Of a DNA stretch of 64,000 nt, positions 23,254 through 34,215 are shown piece after piece. The translations under genes and the position numbers were made by a program. The number at the start of each line of letters is the position of its first letter. The stretch's first letter is position 1. The notes beneath the pieces are model-generated. The model ran no database searches. It was not told the origin of the DNA and worked only from the letters and a program-made list of their open reading frames with translations. Origin of the DNA: a virus (taxonomy: Duplodnaviria > Caudoviricetes); the IMG/VR virus record IMGVR_UViG_3300048670_000735, positions 1 to 64,000 of that record. The stretch is one strand, 5' to 3'.

Positions 23254-25250
23254 TGGCAACTAGAATTCAATTAAGAAGAGATACAGCACAGAACTGGTCT
23301 TTAAACAATCCTATACTTTTATCAGGAGAAATGGGAATTGAAACAGACACACTAAAAATAAAAATAGGTAACGGTTCAAGATGGAACTCTATTTCAACTT
23401 ATGCATTTAAAGTTGGTCAAGCCAACGGAGTTGCAACACTAGACTCAACAGGCAAAATTCCAGCATCTCAAATTCCTACAAATATCAACATATCAGAATT
23501 AATTGATTCTCTTACAACTTCAGATATTGAAGAAGGATCAAATTTATATTTTACAAATTCTAGAGCAGTATCAGCAAACGCTTCTGCAATTACAAATGCA
23601 ATTGCAACAGAGGTTACAAATAGAAATGCTGCTATTGCTACTGCAAAGACTGAAGCCATTACCGCTGCATCAACAGATGCTACTACAAAATCTAATTCAG
23701 TACAAACAGCAGCAGCTTCAGATGCTACAGTAAAAGCAAATGCTGCAAAAAATGAAGCAATTGCAGCATCTTCAATTGATGCTACTACAAAGGTTAATTC
23801 TGCCCTATCAACAGTTGCATCTAATTTGAATTCAGCAATTTCAGCAGAAGCTTCAAATAGAAACTCAGCAATTTCAACAGCAGTTTCAGGAGCAATAAAT
23901 ACTCTTACAACAAGTAATATTACTGAAGGAACAAATAAATATTTTACAGATGCTCGTGCAAAAGCAGCAGTAGCTTCTGATATTGCTAATGCAATTGATG
24001 CAATTCAATATGATGCAGGCATAACCGATCTTGCTTCATTTACAACATCTAATTTGGCAGAAGGCGCAAACCTTTACTTTACAAATGCAAGAGCAATTTC
24101 TGCAACAAATAATAAGTTTAATGATATTTTAATAGCAATCAATACAGCAACAGATGATTTGTCTTTGACAATTTCAAATGACTATTTATCTAAGTCTGAA
24201 GCTGCCAGCACATATGTAACATCACAAACTTTATCTAATACAGTTTCAGATTATGTTTTAGAATCAGATAGAAACCAACAAGGTGGATTTGCAGGTCTTG
24301 ATAATACAACTCACATATTAGATTCAATAATTCCAATAACAATTGCTAGAGTATCTTCTCCTACATTTACAGGAACAGTAAATGCATCAAATCTAACTAT
24401 TACAGGAAACCTAACAGTATCTGGAACAACAACAACAGTTAATTCTGAAAATTTATCAGTAAATGATCCACTAATAAAACTTTCACAAAATCAATATACC
24501 GCAGATGTTGTGGACATTGGTATTTATGGTTCATATGGAGCTTCTGGCAATAATGCAGGAAATCACCCACACACTGGGCTTGTCCGTGATGCATCAGATA
24601 AAAAATGGAAGCTAATATCTGGAGCAGCAGAGGCAATATCAAATGAAATAAATTTTGCATCAGTAGTTTATGATACATTAAAAGTTGGAGGCCTTGAAGT
24701 TGGGTCAGTTACCAATACAGAAATTGGATATTTAAGTGGAGTAACAAGCTCAATACAGTCTCAGATATCTTCTAAGGCCCCTGTAGCATCACCAACATTT
24801 ACTGGAACAGTTTCTGGTATTACAAAGTCTATGGTTGGACTTGGAAATGTTGATAATACAACAGATGCAAACAAACCAATATCTTCTGCTACACAAGCTG
24901 CATTGAATGCTAAATTAACATCAGCTCAAGCAGATTTAAAGTATGCAACAATTGAAAATCCTTCATTTATTGGAATAATGGATTTTTCTCAACTAACAGT
25001 AACTGGACTTGAACTAGGGGATCCACTTCCTGCACAAGCTGGCAACTCTGGAAAATATTTAACAACAAACGGATCTGTAGCCGCATGGTCAACAATAAAT
25101 CTTTCTGATTATCTTTCTAAAACAGAGGCCTCTTCAGATTATTTAAAAAAATCAGATGCAGCCAATGCTTATCAGTCTAAGATTACATACGGAACAAGCC
25201 AAACACCAACAACTGCTGGCGTGGCTGGCGATATTTACATACAGTACTAG
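23253..25250 (+). CDS. tail fibre with Mtd_N-like N-terminal domain
   Basis: RIQLRRDTA.NW...NPIL..GE.G.ETDT; Ala-rich coiled coil; VGLGNVDNT.D..KP. Confidence 0.8.
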   Translation: MATRIQLRRDTAQNWSLNNPILLSGEMGIETDTLKIKIGNGSRWNSISTYAFKVGQANGVATLDSTGKIPASQIPTNINISELIDSLTTSDIEEGSNLYFTNSRAVSANASAITNAIATEVTNRNAAIATAKTEAITAASTDATTKSNSVQTAAASDATVKANAAKNEAIAASSIDATTKVNSALSTVASNLNSAISAEASNRNSAISTAVSGAINTLTTSNITEGTNKYFTDARAKAAVASDIANAIDAIQYDAGITDLASFTTSNLAEGANLYFTNARAISATNNKFNDILIAINTATDDLSLTISNDYLSKSEAASTYVTSQTLSNTVSDYVLESDRNQQGGFAGLDNTTHILDSIIPITIARVSSPTFTGTVNASNLTITGNLTVSGTTTTVNSENLSVNDPLIKLSQNQYTADVVDIGIYGSYGASGNNAGNHPHTGLVRDASDKKWKLISGAAEAISNEINFASVVYDTLKVGGLEVGSVTNTEIGYLSGVTSSIQSQISSKAPVASPTFTGTVSGITKSMVGLGNVDNTTDANKPISSATQAALNAKLTSAQADLKYATIENPSFIGIMDFSQLTVTGLELGDPLPAQAGNSGKYLTTNGSVAAWSTINLSDYLSKTEASSDYLKKSDAANAYQSKITYGTSQTPTTAGVAGDIYIQY

Positions 25251-25259
25251 GAGGAACAA

Positions 25260-28031
25260 ATGCCATTTAAAATTTTTGACGGCTCCTCTTGGAATCAATT
25301 CAAAAATATAAAAATTAACGACGGCACCTCTTGGCAACCGTATAAAAAAGCATTTGTTCATAATGGTACAGAGTGGAAAGAAATAGTTGCACCAATACCA
25401 GTAAATACAGCATTACCAGAGCTTTCATGGTCAACAGGCATACCTAACATTGTTAATCAAAATGTATCTGTATCAAACGGATCTTGGACAAACTCTCCTA
25501 TATCATATAAATATCAATGGCAAAGCGGTTACTATGCAGTATCTGGATCATTAATATGGGAAGACATAGCGGGAGCAACTTCTAGCTCATATTCAATTAC
25601 TTCAGATGAAATATGCATGTTTATGGTCGGAAGATTAATAAGATGCTCTGTTATAGCCATAAACAATGCAGGAGAAAGTTTGCCTTCTTACGGATCAATG
25701 TTTCAAACAATTATTGCTCCAGAAACAATGACATCTCTTTCTGCATCTGTTTCAGAAAATGGAGTAGTACAACTTTCATGGAGCAGATCAAAAGGTGCAA
25801 ATGGCTATTACCTTCAATATCAAGGCCCAGAAGTTGCATTTACACAAATGGATTTAGGTGATGTAACATCTTACACCATAAACACTGGACTAGCTTCTGG
25901 GACACTTGGAATATTAGTTGCTCCAATAAATACAACTAGCCCGTGGAAAGCATATTCTAACTCAAATGTTCAAGGTCAAGGAATGAATGCTGTTATATAT
26001 GACCTTAAACCACTTAAGCCAAGAGTTACAGCAACATCTGTTGTTCAACATGCAAATGCTGTAACAGTGAGCTGGACAAATGAGCGTTTAACACAAACTT
26101 CTTATGAAGTTAGAACAATTGCAGTAGATGGAGCACCAGTAAGCAACGGACCACTGAATTATTTTTATGAAATGTATAATGGCTCATCAACATCATGGAC
26201 ATCAGAAAATCTTCCAGGCGGACGTGCTTACACCTTTAAGGTTGTGGTAAATGGAACTGCTACAGGGTTTACAGAAACTTCTTGGGAATCAAATTCAACT
26301 ACAACCACACTTCCAGTACCATCTGCTCCTTCAATTATTGAGGCTCCAGTAATAACTAGCACTGGAAGATACTTTGGCTTGTCAAGAGGAGCTTCATGGG
26401 CAAATAATCCAGATTCAACCTCCTATAGTTGGTTTGCAAACGGACAACCACTTGGTCAATATGGCGGATCAATTACTTTAGACAGCTCTTATGATGGACA
26501 ATCAGTTTATGTTGTATCTTATGCAACAAATGCAGGCGGATCATCTCAATCTCAAAGTAATTCATTAATTTGTTCAGCCCCGTCTCGCCCAACTAATCTG
26601 ACTAGCCCAAGAATAATTGAATTAAATGGAAGCATGGTAGTTACAAGTGACGGTACTTGGAATGGCAATCCAACCTCTTATAGATATGAATGGAAAACAA
26701 TAAATGATAGAGATTTTACATTAGGAGTAGGAACAAATAGCTCTTCATATAATTTTGGATCAAATAGAACAAATACTTATTATGTTCTAGTTTGGGCAAG
26801 CAATCAGTTCGGAGAAAGCTTATCTGCTGCAATTTCAAATTCTTTAGTACCTTCAGCAGGCAATATAACATACGGATCATGCGAATCTTATTCAAATGGA
26901 ACTGACTACGGCTACGATTGCTCTGGAACTACAAAGATGACCTGGACAAGAACAATAATTGATTATAGAGAGCCTCAGCTTTTAAATGGTGTTGCAAATG
27001 GAACATATAGGTATGGCTGCTCGGCAAGAACATATGGAGAAAAACAATATGGACCAACCTATGCTTGGACATTTAATTCTGCAGACTGTGGATATCAACA
27101 AACAAATTGTACTACTTGTAATTCATATATTCCATCAACAGGAAACTATAGCAGAAATGACTCAAACTGTGCGTCTGGAAGAAGATACTATAGAACTTGT
27201 ATAACACCAAGTGGTTGCCCTAATATTGACCAAGACGGGGATTGCGTTCCTCAATCAACCGATTGCAATACAGTTGTAAGATATCTTCCAGAAAGTGGAT
27301 GGGACACTTCTCCATCTACTTCAGCAACAGGATTCCCAGCCTGTTCTTCAGGATATAGATATTACAAAGTTGCAGTTAAAAATGAAGGTTGTTCAAATGA
27401 GTTAATTTGGGGAGATTGTACAGCATCAACATGGTATTGCTCTTTAAATGCAACTGATGAACAAAATCAGTATACTTCTGCAACAGATGTTTCAACATCA
27501 TCATGTAATCAGTATGCTGTTGCTTGCTCTACTTCTGGATACCCTGCTTTCCCAGCAATTCCAGTATGTGCACCAACACCTACACCTACACCAACTCCGA
27601 CACCTACTCCGACACCTACTCCAACTCCGACACCCACTCCAACTCCGACACCTGCAAGCCCATGTTGCCAACCTGACGACGCTGGATATTGCACAAATAT
27701 TGATGGAAATGGATATGGAGATTATTATAATTACCAGTACGATCCTTGCACTGGATCCTCATGCCCACCACAATATGTAGGAAGAACTTTCTGTGGAGTT
27801 CCAACACCACCATCATTCTTTAGCCCTCCACAATTCTTTAGCCCTCCAAGCTTCTGGGACGACTGGGAACCTCCATACTTCTTTAGCCCTCCACAATTCT
27901 TTAGCCCTCCAGACTTCTTTAGCCCTCCAAGCTTCTGGGACGACTGGGAACCTCCATACTTCTATAGCCCTCCAGAATTCTTTAGCCCTCCAGACTTCTT
28001 TAGCCCTCCAGTATTCGAAAGGTATGACTGA
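25260..28031 (+). CDS. large FN3/Ig-like, Cys-rich appendage protein with (PT)n linker and PPxFFS tail
   Basis: P.NT..P/G.W...P.SY.YQW Ig-type repeats, Cys-rich C-half, repeats. Confidence 0.75.
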   Translation: MPFKIFDGSSWNQFKNIKINDGTSWQPYKKAFVHNGTEWKEIVAPIPVNTALPELSWSTGIPNIVNQNVSVSNGSWTNSPISYKYQWQSGYYAVSGSLIWEDIAGATSSSYSITSDEICMFMVGRLIRCSVIAINNAGESLPSYGSMFQTIIAPETMTSLSASVSENGVVQLSWSRSKGANGYYLQYQGPEVAFTQMDLGDVTSYTINTGLASGTLGILVAPINTTSPWKAYSNSNVQGQGMNAVIYDLKPLKPRVTATSVVQHANAVTVSWTNERLTQTSYEVRTIAVDGAPVSNGPLNYFYEMYNGSSTSWTSENLPGGRAYTFKVVVNGTATGFTETSWESNSTTTTLPVPSAPSIIEAPVITSTGRYFGLSRGASWANNPDSTSYSWFANGQPLGQYGGSITLDSSYDGQSVYVVSYATNAGGSSQSQSNSLICSAPSRPTNLTSPRIIELNGSMVVTSDGTWNGNPTSYRYEWKTINDRDFTLGVGTNSSSYNFGSNRTNTYYVLVWASNQFGESLSAAISNSLVPSAGNITYGSCESYSNGTDYGYDCSGTTKMTWTRTIIDYREPQLLNGVANGTYRYGCSARTYGEKQYGPTYAWTFNSADCGYQQTNCTTCNSYIPSTGNYSRNDSNCASGRRYYRTCITPSGCPNIDQDGDCVPQSTDCNTVVRYLPESGWDTSPSTSATGFPACSSGYRYYKVAVKNEGCSNELIWGDCTASTWYCSLNATDEQNQYTSATDVSTSSCNQYAVACSTSGYPAFPAIPVCAPTPTPTPTPTPTPTPTPTPTPTPTPTPASPCCQPDDAGYCTNIDGNGYGDYYNYQYDPCTGSSCPPQYVGRTFCGVPTPPSFFSPPQFFSPPSFWDDWEPPYFFSPPQFFSPPDFFSPPSFWDDWEPPYFYSPPEFFSPPDFFSPPVFERYD
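27573..27653 (+). repeat. (Pro-Thr)13 coding repeat
   Basis: 6-bp degenerate tandem repeat. Confidence 0.95.
27807..28028 (+). repeat. 11 PPxF(F/Y)S / PPSFWDDWE-type coding repeats
   Basis: 18/27-bp tandem units. Confidence 0.95.
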
Positions 28032-28137
28032 TGATGCTGATATCAGAATGCTTTACATCAAGCGGTGTCCCATGCTCCAAAGCAGGATCATGGTGTTAGT
28101 ATTGTAAAAATGGTGTCAATATGGTAGAATTAACATT

Positions 28138-28374
28138 ATGAAAATAAATATTTATAAAGATGAAAAAATATTCATATCTGTCTCTGGACAAAATGCTTTT
28201 AATTTTTTTAAAAATAAAGATAATTTAACTTATACAATAGAGCCTAATACAAAAACAGAGGAAAGACATTTCTTAAAATATGTTTTTGAAGAACATGCTT
28301 TTAATGTTGAAATAAATGACACAATGGCAGAGGCCATATTAAACGAATATAGATTTGAGTTGATTAATGAATGA
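28138..28374 (+). CDS. hypothetical protein
   Basis: leaderless after TGGTAGAAT. Confidence 0.75.
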   Translation: MKINIYKDEKIFISVSGQNAFNFFKNKDNLTYTIEPNTKTEERHFLKYVFEEHAFNVEINDTMAEAILNEYRFELINE

Positions 28375-28606
28375 AGAACTTACCCCTTGGGAAAAATATA
28401 AGCAAAATTTAGGTGAAACAAGACCTTGGGATATTGTAAATCCTGCAACAAAGTGGGTAGACGAAGATAAAGCAAAAGAAAGATTTGCTATTTGTAAAGA
28501 TTGTCCAGAACTTATAAAACTAACTACTCAATGCAAGAAGTGTGGCTGTATTATGAAAATAAAAACAAAACTTGAAAAAGCTTCCTGCCCAATTGGTAAA
28601 TGGTAA
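28367..28606 (+). CDS. small Cys-rich protein (DUF6171-like)
   Basis: R..IC..CP.L.....QC..CGC.M..K..L..A.CP.GKW. Confidence 0.7.
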   Translation: MNEELTPWEKYKQNLGETRPWDIVNPATKWVDEDKAKERFAICKDCPELIKLTTQCKKCGCIMKIKTKLEKASCPIGKW

Positions 28607-29154
28607 TGATTATTAAAGAATCTGAAATAATAAAAACAATATTTCCACCACAAGAACTAAAAGAACTACAAAAGTATGCCATGAAAATGTGGTCAACGCA
28701 ACCAAATTACGATAAATCATTTGGAAGACACCAATGGGCAGACACTGAAGAATTAAAGAAATTTCACGAGCTACTAACAGAGTTTGCAAGAGAGCATTTT
28801 GAGTCAGAAACACTCAAGCCTTCTTGGTGCCTAATGTCAGTTTACGAGGGCAAAGATGCAAAATTATGGAAACATAAAGATGATAACGCTTGCGTTTATC
28901 ATATAAATCTTTGTGTATTCCAGAAGACTCCCTGGGAATTTTGGGTAGAGGGAAAGCCGTACCTATTAGAAGAAAATGATGCACTAATGACATACGGAAA
29001 TGACCTAGAGCACTGGAGAGAAGAGTTTCCAGATCCTGATAATAATTTAGTTTGTAATGCTTTCTTTTTCTTTTGTGAGCCAGACCACTGGTACTTTACA
29101 GAAGGACCAGAATATCTTTACACTAATATTCGTGCACCACAAGGCGGATTATAA
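28606..29154 (+). CDS. 2OG-Fe(II) oxygenase-like protein
   Basis: L..HKD.NAC, Y.G...EHWR. Confidence 0.7.
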   Translation: MIIKESEIIKTIFPPQELKELQKYAMKMWSTQPNYDKSFGRHQWADTEELKKFHELLTEFAREHFESETLKPSWCLMSVYEGKDAKLWKHKDDNACVYHINLCVFQKTPWEFWVEGKPYLLEENDALMTYGNDLEHWREEFPDPDNNLVCNAFFFFCEPDHWYFTEGPEYLYTNIRAPQGGL

Positions 29155-29201
29155 AAAATATTAATGTATAATTAATTTATGCAGTACCGCCAGGAGGAAC
29201 A

Positions 29202-29762
29202 ATGGCTACGAATTTCCCAAACGAAAAAGATGTTTTAGCTAATCCAAATCCAACAGATTCTTTATCTGCCCCTTCACATTCACAGCAACATGCAAACACT
29301 AATGATGCTTTAGAGGCAATCCAGGATGCGATTGGTGTAACAAATTCATCAGACTCAAATTCTTTAACATACAAAGTTAATACACTATCAACAACAGTTC
29401 AAACACTTGCAAACCAGTCCACTGGAATTGAAACACTTCTAGGCATTGAGGGAAACAACGATATAACAATCAATGGTATACAGAATAAGACAACCATAGA
29501 CTCATACTCTGCATCAAACTACAGAACAGCAAGCTATGCTGTGCAAATAAGCAAGCCGTCAACTGGTGAGCACTATTTTTCAAATATTACAGCTATGCAA
29601 GGCACATCAGACATATATGTTTCTGAATCAAACATAGTAACAAACGCAGATTCTCCAATTGCAGTCACTGCATTTGAATCATCTGCTGGTATAATTAATC
29701 TAACAGTTACTCCAGTATCAGGCGAAGTAAAAGTTAGATATTTTAGAACCGCATTGAAGTAA
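29202..29762 (+). CDS. virion structural protein
   Basis: AGGAGG RBS; C-terminal YRTA.Y.VQI domain shared with the next gene. Confidence 0.65.
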   Translation: MATNFPNEKDVLANPNPTDSLSAPSHSQQHANTNDALEAIQDAIGVTNSSDSNSLTYKVNTLSTTVQTLANQSTGIETLLGIEGNNDITINGIQNKTTIDSYSASNYRTASYAVQISKPSTGEHYFSNITAMQGTSDIYVSESNIVTNADSPIAVTAFESSAGIINLTVTPVSGEVKVRYFRTALK

Positions 29763-29790
29763 AAAAAGCAGTACAAGGGAGTCATAAATT

Positions 29791-30948
29791 ATGGCAATAG
29801 TAAACAAAAACTTTAGAGTAAAAAATGGCCTTATCGTCGACGGCTCAGTCGCAACGGTAAATGGATATAACGTATTAACAGAAGCTTCAACTGCTTTTAT
29901 CATCAATACAGTTGGCGGATCAGCTGATAGCGCAAATAACCCTAATACTGTTGTAAAGCGTGACGGTTCAGGTAATTTTGCAGCTGGAACAATAACAGCT
30001 ACATTTTCTGGCAACTTAACAGGTAATGTAACAGGTACAGTATCAAGCCTTTCAAATCATAATACAGGAGCGCTTGCAGAAGGATCAAACCTATACTTTA
30101 CAAATGCTCGTGCATTATCTGCAACAGCAGCCGCATACGATGCAGCAGGTGCAGCATCTAGCGCACAAGCAAATGCAGCAACAGATGCCACTACAAAGGC
30201 TAACGCAGCACAGGCTGCAGCAGCAATAGATGCAACTACAAAGGCTAACGCAGCACAGGCTGCAGCAGAAGCCACAGCAGCAGCAGCTCTTACAGCAGCA
30301 ATTGCAACAGAAGTTGCAAACCGTAACACAGCAATTGGAGCAGCAGTCGATTCATTGGTTGACGGTGCACCAGCACTACTTAACACATTAAATGAGTTGG
30401 CAGCAGCTATTAACGATGACGCTAATTACACAACAACTATTACAACAGCACTTGGAACAAAGGCTAACTCAGCTGACGTTACAGCAGCAATTGCAACTGC
30501 AAAGTCAGAAGCAGCAACAGACGCTAGCACAAAGGCTAACGCAGCACAGGCTGCAGCAGAAGCCACAGCAGCAGCAGCTCTTGCAAATGCAAAAAATGGT
30601 ACAGCGTCATTTACTACAGTAAATGTAAATGATGTAGCGGCAGTAAAGGCATCTACATCAAATGTAGCATCTGCATCAACTGTAAACGCTTTAACATGGG
30701 CAGCAGCAGATTACAGAACAGCTAAGGCAATTGTTAAGTTGAAAAATGGAGTTAATACTCAGGTTTCTGAGGTATTACTAACATTAGATACAAACAACAA
30801 TGTTGCAATAACAGAATTTGGAACAATTTCAACAGATCTAGATCTTGGAACAGTAACAGCTGCCTACGCATCTGGTAATGTTTCTATAGCAGTAACCACA
30901 ACATATGCCTCAACAGATGTTATGGTATATGCAACACTAATTAAATAA
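29791..30948 (+). CDS. tail fibre with Ala-rich DATTKANAAQAAA repeats
   Basis: GAP..LNTL.ELAAAI.DD fibre motif; internal repeats. Confidence 0.75.
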   Translation: MAIVNKNFRVKNGLIVDGSVATVNGYNVLTEASTAFIINTVGGSADSANNPNTVVKRDGSGNFAAGTITATFSGNLTGNVTGTVSSLSNHNTGALAEGSNLYFTNARALSATAAAYDAAGAASSAQANAATDATTKANAAQAAAAIDATTKANAAQAAAEATAAAALTAAIATEVANRNTAIGAAVDSLVDGAPALLNTLNELAAAINDDANYTTTITTALGTKANSADVTAAIATAKSEAATDASTKANAAQAAAEATAAAALANAKNGTASFTTVNVNDVAAVKASTSNVASASTVNALTWAAADYRTAKAIVKLKNGVNTQVSEVLLTLDTNNNVAITEFGTISTDLDLGTVTAAYASGNVSIAVTTTYASTDVMVYATLIK

Positions 30949-31012
30949 TTAAATAAAGGGTATGGGGTCCCACCAAAACCCCAACAAAACAATTAGGGGA
31001 TAGTGAACTTAA

Positions 31013-31384
31013 ATGGCAACAGTAGATAAAAACTTTAAGGTTAAGAATGGTCTTAACGTAGCAGGAGCTGCAACTTTTAATGCGGCTGTAAATGTAGACA
31101 ACCTTGTATTAAATTCAACCCCCCTAGCTTTTGACTCAACAACTGGAAGATTAAAGATCCAGATTGGCGGAGTTTGGAAAGAAATTGCCCTCCTAACGGA
31201 TGCGGCAGAAGATGTAAGCGCAATAACATTTATGGATATTGGATTGGCTATAGACTACAACGGTCAGCCAATATATTCAGTTTATGCAAATGGAGTAAAT
31301 ACAACAGGAACAAAATTCGCTAATGGCGGAGATTATTCAACAGAAACATATAGCATGACATTCGATTCTGGAACAATTAACTAA
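31013..31384 (+). CDS. virion structural protein
   Basis: N-terminus (KNF.VKNGL) paralogous to 29791. Confidence 0.65.
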   Translation: MATVDKNFKVKNGLNVAGAATFNAAVNVDNLVLNSTPLAFDSTTGRLKIQIGGVWKEIALLTDAAEDVSAITFMDIGLAIDYNGQPIYSVYANGVNTTGTKFANGGDYSTETYSMTFDSGTIN

Positions 31385-31445
31385 TTGTTTTGGAATTATT
31401 GTGGTGTTATAATTAGCAAATAAGTCTAAATAAGGGGTGGCAAAT

Positions 31446-34193
31446 ATGTCAACAGTAAGAATTCAAGTAAGAAGAGGAACAGCAGCACAGTGGGCCTCAG
31501 TAAATCCAATTTTGGCAGCAGGAGAAATGGGTGTCGAGTCAGACACAAACCTATTTAAATTCGGTAACGGGTCATCTACCTGGACCGCCCTTGCATATGC
31601 AAACAATTCAGATGTAGCGATTGGTGAAATTTCCCAAGACGCAATTAACACCGCACTTACAATGGGTGCAGGACTTTCAAAAACTTACAATGATGGTGCT
31701 AACACAATAACAATTAACGTTGATTCAAACGTAGTAGCACTTAAGTCATATGTAGATGCTCAAGTTTCAGGACTTGCAAATACAGTTGACACAGATTACA
31801 TTCCACTTTCTGATCGTGGAGTTGCTGGCGGAGTTGCAGCACTAGATAACACAGGAAAAGTTCCAGCAAATCAATTAAATATTTCAGAAACAATTCAAGA
31901 CGTAATTGGTTCAACTTTAGTTAGTGGAAGAGGATCAAATGTTTCTTACAACGATGCAAATGACACACTAACTCTCACAGCTGGACTAAGAGGACAAGGC
32001 TCAGTTTCTGTAATCAACGCAACTGACAATAATGATTTAATTGTTAAATTAAATCCAGTTGTTGCTGCTGATACAAAATTTACAGGACCTCTTGTTGAAG
32101 TGGGAACAGTAACATCAACAGATATTAATGCAACAAATGTTACAATATCTGGAAATTTAACAGTAACTGGAACAAGCACAACTGTAAACTCAACAAATGT
32201 TTCAATTGCTGATCCTATTATTCAATTAGCAGAAAACAATTCATCAGATGCAGTAGATTTAGGTTTTGTTGCAGCATTTAACAATGGCACACATCAACAT
32301 TCAGGTCTTGTTCGTGACGCATCAGATGGAAGATGGAAGCTATTCTCAGGAGTTACAGCGGAACCAACAACAGTAATAGATTTTACAACATATACAAAAG
32401 ACGGACTAGAAGTTGGAACACTTGTTGCAGACTCAGCAAGAATTGGAAATGTTACTAATAATGAAATTCAACATCTAGACGGAGTCGGCTGGCCAATTCA
32501 AGGCCAAATTGATGAAAAGCTAGCTATAAGCACAGCTGCATCAACATATGCACCAATAGCATCACCTATGTTCACTGGTACAGTAAATTTGCCAGAAGGA
32601 ACAGTTACATCATACATGATTGCAAATGGAACAATTACTAATGAAGATATAGGAACTAATGCAGAAATTGCTCAATCAAAAGTTGCTAATCTTGTTGCTA
32701 ATCTTGCAGAAAAGGCTACTACACATTCACCTACACTCACAGGAACCGTAGTTCTTCCTGGCACTACATCAATTGGAAGTGTCTCAGCAACAGAAATTGG
32801 TTATCTTGATGGAGTAACATCTTCAATTCAAACTCAACTTGCTCCAGTTCAAGGTTTAGTAAATTCAGTGTATGCACTTGAATCTGATTTAAATACAGCT
32901 GAAAATACAATATCTTCACTTGAGTCATCTATTGGTTCAATTAATACAACAACAACTAGCCTTCAGACACAAATTAATACAAAGGCATCATCTGCATCAC
33001 TTACAGCACATGAGGCAGATACAACAAATATTCACGGAATTGCAGATACTTCAGTTCTTGCAACAGCAACAACAGTTGCCACAGCAAAGTCTGAAGCAAT
33101 TACAGCAGCAGGCACCGCAGCAGACACAAAGGTTTCAACTGCAGTAGCAGCACTTACAAAGTCTTCAGTAGGCCTTGCAAATGTTGATAACACTTCAGAT
33201 GCAAATAAGCCAGTTTCATCTGCTACACAGACAGCACTTGATGCTAAGTTAAATCTTTCTGGTGGAACACTAACAGGAACACTTACACTATCAGGTGCCC
33301 CAACATCAGAACTTCACGCAGTAACTAAGCAATATGTAGATGGATTAGCAGCAGGAATTAATTTCCATAAGCCCGTGCTTGCTGCAAGTACAGGAAATAT
33401 TTCAGTTGTATATAATAATGGAACAAATGGAGTTGGTGCAACACTAACTTCATCATCCAATTCAACATTTACCAATATTGATGGAGCATCCATACCTTTA
33501 GACGGTAGAGTTTTAATTAAAGAACAAACAGATGCAAGACAAAATGGTGTTTATACATTGACTAATGCTGGCTCAGCCAGTACTCCATGGATTCTTACTC
33601 GTGCAACAGATACAGATAACAATCCATCTGGAGAAGTTTCAGAAGGAGACTTCACATTTGTTCAGGGCGGAAATACAAATATTTCAAAGGGATTTATTAT
33701 GAGTACCGCAGGTACAATCGTAATAGGTACCTCAAATATTGTTTACTCACAGTTTAATGCTTCAGAAGCAATTATTGCTGGTACAAACATTACAAAGACT
33801 GGTGCAACAATTGCAGTAACAGCTTCACCAACATTCTCTGGTGCTGTTACAGCATCATCTGGTGTAGTATTCTCAGACGGTACACAAACAAAGGTTGGCG
33901 TACCATCTATCACAACAATTGCAACAGCGATTTCATCATCAGAAACACTTGCAGCAGGAGAAGCAGATAAGTTTGTTCCACTAACTGGAGCAGTACAAAT
34001 CACACTTCCTGCAACTGGATATTCAACTGGGCAGTCAATTGACTTCTACCAGTCTTCTGGTACAGGTGCATCATTTGCTTCAACAAACGGTGTTGTTGGA
34101 ACTCCAGGATTAAAGTTCAGAACAACTAACTCAGTTGTAACAGCAATGAAAATTTCAAGCGGATGGTTGGTCTTCGGAGACCTATCAGCGTAA
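31446..34193 (+). CDS. long tail fibre with Mtd_N-like N-terminal domain
   Basis: RIQVRRGTAAQW...NPILAAGE.G.E.DT; RVLIK.Q....NGVY...W.LTRATD; start may be GTG 31437. Confidence 0.8.
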   Translation: MSTVRIQVRRGTAAQWASVNPILAAGEMGVESDTNLFKFGNGSSTWTALAYANNSDVAIGEISQDAINTALTMGAGLSKTYNDGANTITINVDSNVVALKSYVDAQVSGLANTVDTDYIPLSDRGVAGGVAALDNTGKVPANQLNISETIQDVIGSTLVSGRGSNVSYNDANDTLTLTAGLRGQGSVSVINATDNNDLIVKLNPVVAADTKFTGPLVEVGTVTSTDINATNVTISGNLTVTGTSTTVNSTNVSIADPIIQLAENNSSDAVDLGFVAAFNNGTHQHSGLVRDASDGRWKLFSGVTAEPTTVIDFTTYTKDGLEVGTLVADSARIGNVTNNEIQHLDGVGWPIQGQIDEKLAISTAASTYAPIASPMFTGTVNLPEGTVTSYMIANGTITNEDIGTNAEIAQSKVANLVANLAEKATTHSPTLTGTVVLPGTTSIGSVSATEIGYLDGVTSSIQTQLAPVQGLVNSVYALESDLNTAENTISSLESSIGSINTTTTSLQTQINTKASSASLTAHEADTTNIHGIADTSVLATATTVATAKSEAITAAGTAADTKVSTAVAALTKSSVGLANVDNTSDANKPVSSATQTALDAKLNLSGGTLTGTLTLSGAPTSELHAVTKQYVDGLAAGINFHKPVLAASTGNISVVYNNGTNGVGATLTSSSNSTFTNIDGASIPLDGRVLIKEQTDARQNGVYTLTNAGSASTPWILTRATDTDNNPSGEVSEGDFTFVQGGNTNISKGFIMSTAGTIVIGTSNIVYSQFNASEAIIAGTNITKTGATIAVTASPTFSGAVTASSGVVFSDGTQTKVGVPSITTIATAISSSETLAAGEADKFVPLTGAVQITLPATGYSTGQSIDFYQSSGTGASFASTNGVVGTPGLKFRTTNSVVTAMKISSGWLVFGDLSA

Positions 34194-34215
34194 TAGGATA
34201 AGGGAGAATACATAA

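Noticed and set aside
23253-34193. Diversity-generating retroelement suggested by the Mtd_N-like domains
   Set aside because: No reverse transcriptase seen in the window, and no TR/VR pair differing only at adenines.
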